From Ranitomeya imitator (Eukaryota), in assembly GCF_032444005.1 (NCBI RefSeq), contig NC_091286.1, forward strand, positions 584,660,001-584,724,000: a stretch of DNA of 64,000 bases, read 5' to 3'. Below, in pieces: positions 60,588-64,000 of the stretch. The number at the start of each line of letters is the position of its first letter. Within the stretch, counting starts at the first letter, position 1. The notes below the pieces were generated by a model that worked only from the letters and a program-made list of their open reading frames with translations, made no database searches and was not told the DNA's origin. A program made the translations under genes and the position numbers.

Positions 60588-60723
60588 TTGCCTCAGAGAT
60601 CTTCTCAGCGAGCTGTGCCCCAGGAGCCCAAGAGGAGAACCTGTGTGAGCAGTGTGCAGGCCAGGAAGATAAGTGCACACGTGGTCCTGGAGAGCCGTAC
60701 TATGGGGATGAAGGTGCCTTTAG
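60588..60723 (+). CDS. Sxph: Saxiphilin-like exon 8
   Basis: catag|TT..TTT AG|gtgagg. Encodes (V)[44 protein letters not shown](R). Confidence 0.95.
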
Positions 60724-61385
60724 GTGAGGTACAATGCAACTTTTAAGGTTGTGCTTCCACAGGAGTTTTTAGTGAGTTTTTGATGCTACTTATTTTCGCT
60801 GCATTACAATTCAATGTTTGTCTAACTTTTGAAATTTACCATTTGACTCTTATTATCCCCGAGACTTTTTTCTTGCACTTTGTTTGACAATACAAATACA
60901 ACCAGGTTCAAGGGAGCTTGACAAAGCATAATTCCATTCTAAAGAAACAACATAACCAAGTAAGGCATTTTTCCCAAAGAAAAATCAGTCACACCTTTAG
61001 ACTCAAAATCTGTCATCAAGATTAATAGAGAATAAAAAAAATCAAGCCAATCAATTGAGTGGAAATCTGTTCTGTAGTGAAAACTGCAGCAAATCAGCAA
61101 CCACTGGTGGGTGAAGAGGTCACGTGACACCAATGTCAAGTGACTACTAGGAATTGCTGCAGCAATATCATTGCAATGGCGCCGCTCTGTGAGGTCAGCA
61201 TCAAGCATTTTTACATTATGAGGGGCTCTGGAACAATTAAGGAGCAATTGCCTAGCAGTATTCAGCCTCTTCAATGAACCCATGTACATTAGATTAAAGT
61301 AGTCCAAATGTCCCGATTTTGATGGCATCGATCCATGGTGTAATGCAGTGTTTCCCAACTCCGGTCCTCAAGATCTGCCATCTGA

Positions 61386-62589
61386 GGCCGGCCTCACACT
61401 AGCGAGTTTTACGGACATATGAGAGGTGCAGAAAATACGGATTGCACACGGTACAATGATTCTCTATGGCCCAGCTCCTATCTGCTGTATTTTACTGATC
61501 CGTATTATACGGTGTTCTACGGCCGTAGAAAATCTCAGCATGCTGCGTTTGTCACCGTAAAAAATACGCCAATGAAAGTCAATGGGGGCGAGAAAAATAT
61601 GGATTACACACGGACCAACAGTGTGACTTGCGAGAAATACACAGCTGTGTTCTATAGAAAAGCCGGCAATTCAGCGCGGTGTACAGTAAAATCACACTGA
61701 CAGGGTAGAATAGAATAGCTATTAGCTAAGATAAATGTCTACACATAGTATAGGGGTATATATATGTATACAGTATATATTTATATGTCAGTGAGACACT
61801 TATATGTATATATATTAATATTTCATACAGCACGAGATAGCTTAAAAGCCGGTAATTCAATTGCCGGCTTTTCCTATCGCCTTCTCAAACTCGACATGAT
61901 ATGAGACATGGTTTACATACAGTAAACCATCTCATATCCCTTTTTTTTTGCATAATCCACACTACTAATGTTAGTAGTGTGTATGTGCAAAAGTTGGGCT
62001 CTGTAGCTATTGAATTAAAGGGTTAAATCGCGGAAAAAATTGGCGTGGGCTCCTGCGCAATTTTCTCTACCAGAATGGTAAAGCCAGTGACTGAGGGCAG
62101 ATATTAATAGCCTGGAGAGGATCCATGGTTATAGGACACCCCCCCCCCGGCTAAAAACATCTGCCCCCAGCCACCCCAGAAAAGGCACATCTGGAAGATG
62201 CTCCGATTCTGGCACTTAGCCACTCTCTACTTATTCCCGTGTAGCGGTGGGATATGGGGTAATGAAGGGTTAATGTCACCTTGCTATTGTGTGTATATGT
62301 GTGTCTCACTGACATATATATATATATATATATATATGACAGTATATATGTCTTTACGATTATTTGAGCCCATGGATCCATTGTATGTCCGTATGTCGGT
62401 TTTGCAAGCCGTTGAGAAAGTCTCGCAGTACGGATGTCATGCGGATTACATACGGAGGATGCCATGCGCAAAATACGCTGACACAAACTGCCTACGGATG
62501 ACATACAGATCACTATTTTGGGGACTTTTCTGCGTATTATGGCCGTAAAAAACGGACCATATTTTTCTACGCTGAGTGTGAGGCCGGCC
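61386..62589. mobile_element. Harbinger-like MITE (intron 8)
   Basis: TGA|ggccggcctcacac .. gtgtgaggccggcc|TGA. Confidence 0.8.
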
Positions 62590-62639
62590 TGAGATCCGCC
62601 ATCTGGTTATGTTTTCAGAATTTCCCTAGTATTGCACAG

Positions 62640-62850
62640 GTAACATAGTAACATAGTTTTTAAGGTTGAAGGAAGACTTTACGTCCATCTAGTTCAACCC
62701 ATAGCCTAACCTAACATGCCCTAACATGTTGATCCAGAGGAAGGCAAAAAAAAAAAACATTTGGCAAAGAGTAAGCTCCACATTGGGGAAAAAAAATCCT
62801 TCCCGACTCCACATACGGCAATCAGACTGGTTCCCTGGATCAACACCCTA
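62640..62850 (-). mobile_element. CR1 3' end fragment
   Basis: Reverse tail gtaacatagtaacatagt, the same octamer tail as the CR1 at 4451. Confidence 0.75.
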
Positions 62851-62996
62851 AGGGTATGTGCACACGATGTGGATTTTGTTGCGGATCCGCAGCGTTTCCG
62901 CAGATTTTCATTGCTGTCAAAGGGTAGATGTAATTTCTTAAAAAGTCATGCCCACTGAGTGTTTAAAGACGCTGTTGATGTGAGCATTTGGGGTCT

Positions 62997-63037
62997 TTGC
63001 CTGATGAAGAGACATATGTAGTCTCGAAAGCTTGCAA
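62997..63037 (+). ncRNA. Minimal type-I hammerhead ribozyme motif with intact core
   Basis: ttgc CTGATGA a GAGAC atatgta GTCTC GAAA GC T T gcaa: 4-bp stem I, 5-bp stem II and a palindromic AAGCTT stem III. Confidence 0.7.
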
Positions 63038-63454
63038 TTTGTTACCATCTTTTCAGTTAGCCATTAAAAGGTATCAACCACTGAGGACTCTCAATTCAAA
63101 ATATTTAGCATTTTTGGTGTTTTTTTCTCTATAGGTTTCTATGGGGAGCATGAGAAACACGCATAAAAATGATGCTATGTTTTGAAGTTGTTGTTTGATA
63201 ATTCATTCATCAAGTGAGCATGGCTCGAGATTGCACCAAAGGTCATTAAATAAATAAATAATTATTGAAATCAAAGAACCCAACACCCCTTGCCTGTGTC
63301 TCCTCTTCTCACTTCCACAGCACTGTGGTCACTCAAATAATACATTATACATAACATAATTTCTACAAACTTAGTGTATCTAAAAGTAAATTATCTTTTT
63401 AGCAAATACCTCCCCACTGGGATAATCTATAAGCATCAAACTTCTATTGCCTAA

Positions 63455-63668
63455 AGCTGCCCATACACATTAGATGGCTGTCTGACGAACAGTGTTTCTC
63501 ACCGATAGTCCCATATTACCATAGTTCCTTGACTGAATGATCGTTCCTGTGTTCTCTATAAGAAATCTGCTGGCTGACACCTTGGCACCCACACTCACAT
63601 TAGACAGTCGGCTGAACCTGTTGATATCGGTGGTTTTGGCAGACATTAGGCTAATGTGTATGAGGGCT
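63455..63668. mobile_element. Small MITE
   Basis: agctgcccatacacattag / ctaatgtgtatgagggct, flanked by TAA-like sequence. Confidence 0.6.
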
Positions 63669-63781
63669 TTTATGGTGAATCTAGCTCTGGCAGACACTAA
63701 GTCATATGCAGTATTTATTACGGCTAAAACAGGGAGTATAAAATAATGACTTATGAATGCATGCTTTTTTTCTTTGGTCAG

Positions 63782-63837
63782 GTGTTTGAGAGAGGATAAA
63801 GGAGATGTGGCTTTTGTAGAAGACACAGCATTAACAG
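63782..63837 (+). CDS. Sxph: Saxiphilin-like exon 9; the gene continues beyond the window
   Basis: gtcag|G..ACA G|gtaatg. 56 nt, like transferrin exon 6. Encodes (R)CLREDKGDVAFVEDTALT. Confidence 0.95.
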
Positions 63838-64000
63838 GTAATGTAATTTAGGTGTAATTTTTATTGTTGTACTATGACGTATGCAGCCATATCACCAGGG
63901 CTCTGCAAAGTGACAAGAGCAACACTACAGTACTCTAGCACAACATGTCCAGTGCATTTCGATTCATAATGTTTGATTGCTATTGAACAGTATGCAGGTA

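Noticed and set aside
32545-63837. Calling the gene serum transferrin or melanotransferrin
   Set aside because: The Thy1 insertions and the loss of the Tyr/Tyr/Arg ligands fit saxiphilin instead.

Overview
This is eukaryotic, almost certainly frog, genomic DNA. The repeat families and the gene suggest a dendrobatid poison frog, which is an inference. Bases 1-32,000 are a deeply nested transposon cluster containing a Helitron end, a hAT relic, a CR1, two nested Ty3/Gypsy chromoviruses, a full-length L1, a Penelope-like element and MITEs. From 32,545 to beyond the window end, on the + strand, lies the 5' half of a saxiphilin-like gene (transferrin family). I reconstructed nine coding exons by hand (43+164+106+216+207+216+192+136+56 = 1336 nt). 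All have GT-AG boundaries, compatible phases and one open frame. Three thyroglobulin type-1 (Thy1) domains sit in the N-lobe, each on its own symmetric phase-1/1 exon. Most N-lobe iron and carbonate ligands are lost. The C-lobe, which holds the saxitoxin pocket in characterised saxiphilins, is outside the window. The introns hold Tc1-in-Tc1, a BEL/Pao element, a solo LTR, many MITEs and Penelope remnants with hammerhead ribozyme motifs. Other notable signals are co-varying self-priming sites and unusual 6-bp GT-starting target duplications in both Gypsy elements. I found no rRNA, tRNA or CRISPR. All coordinates were read by eye and no database search was run.
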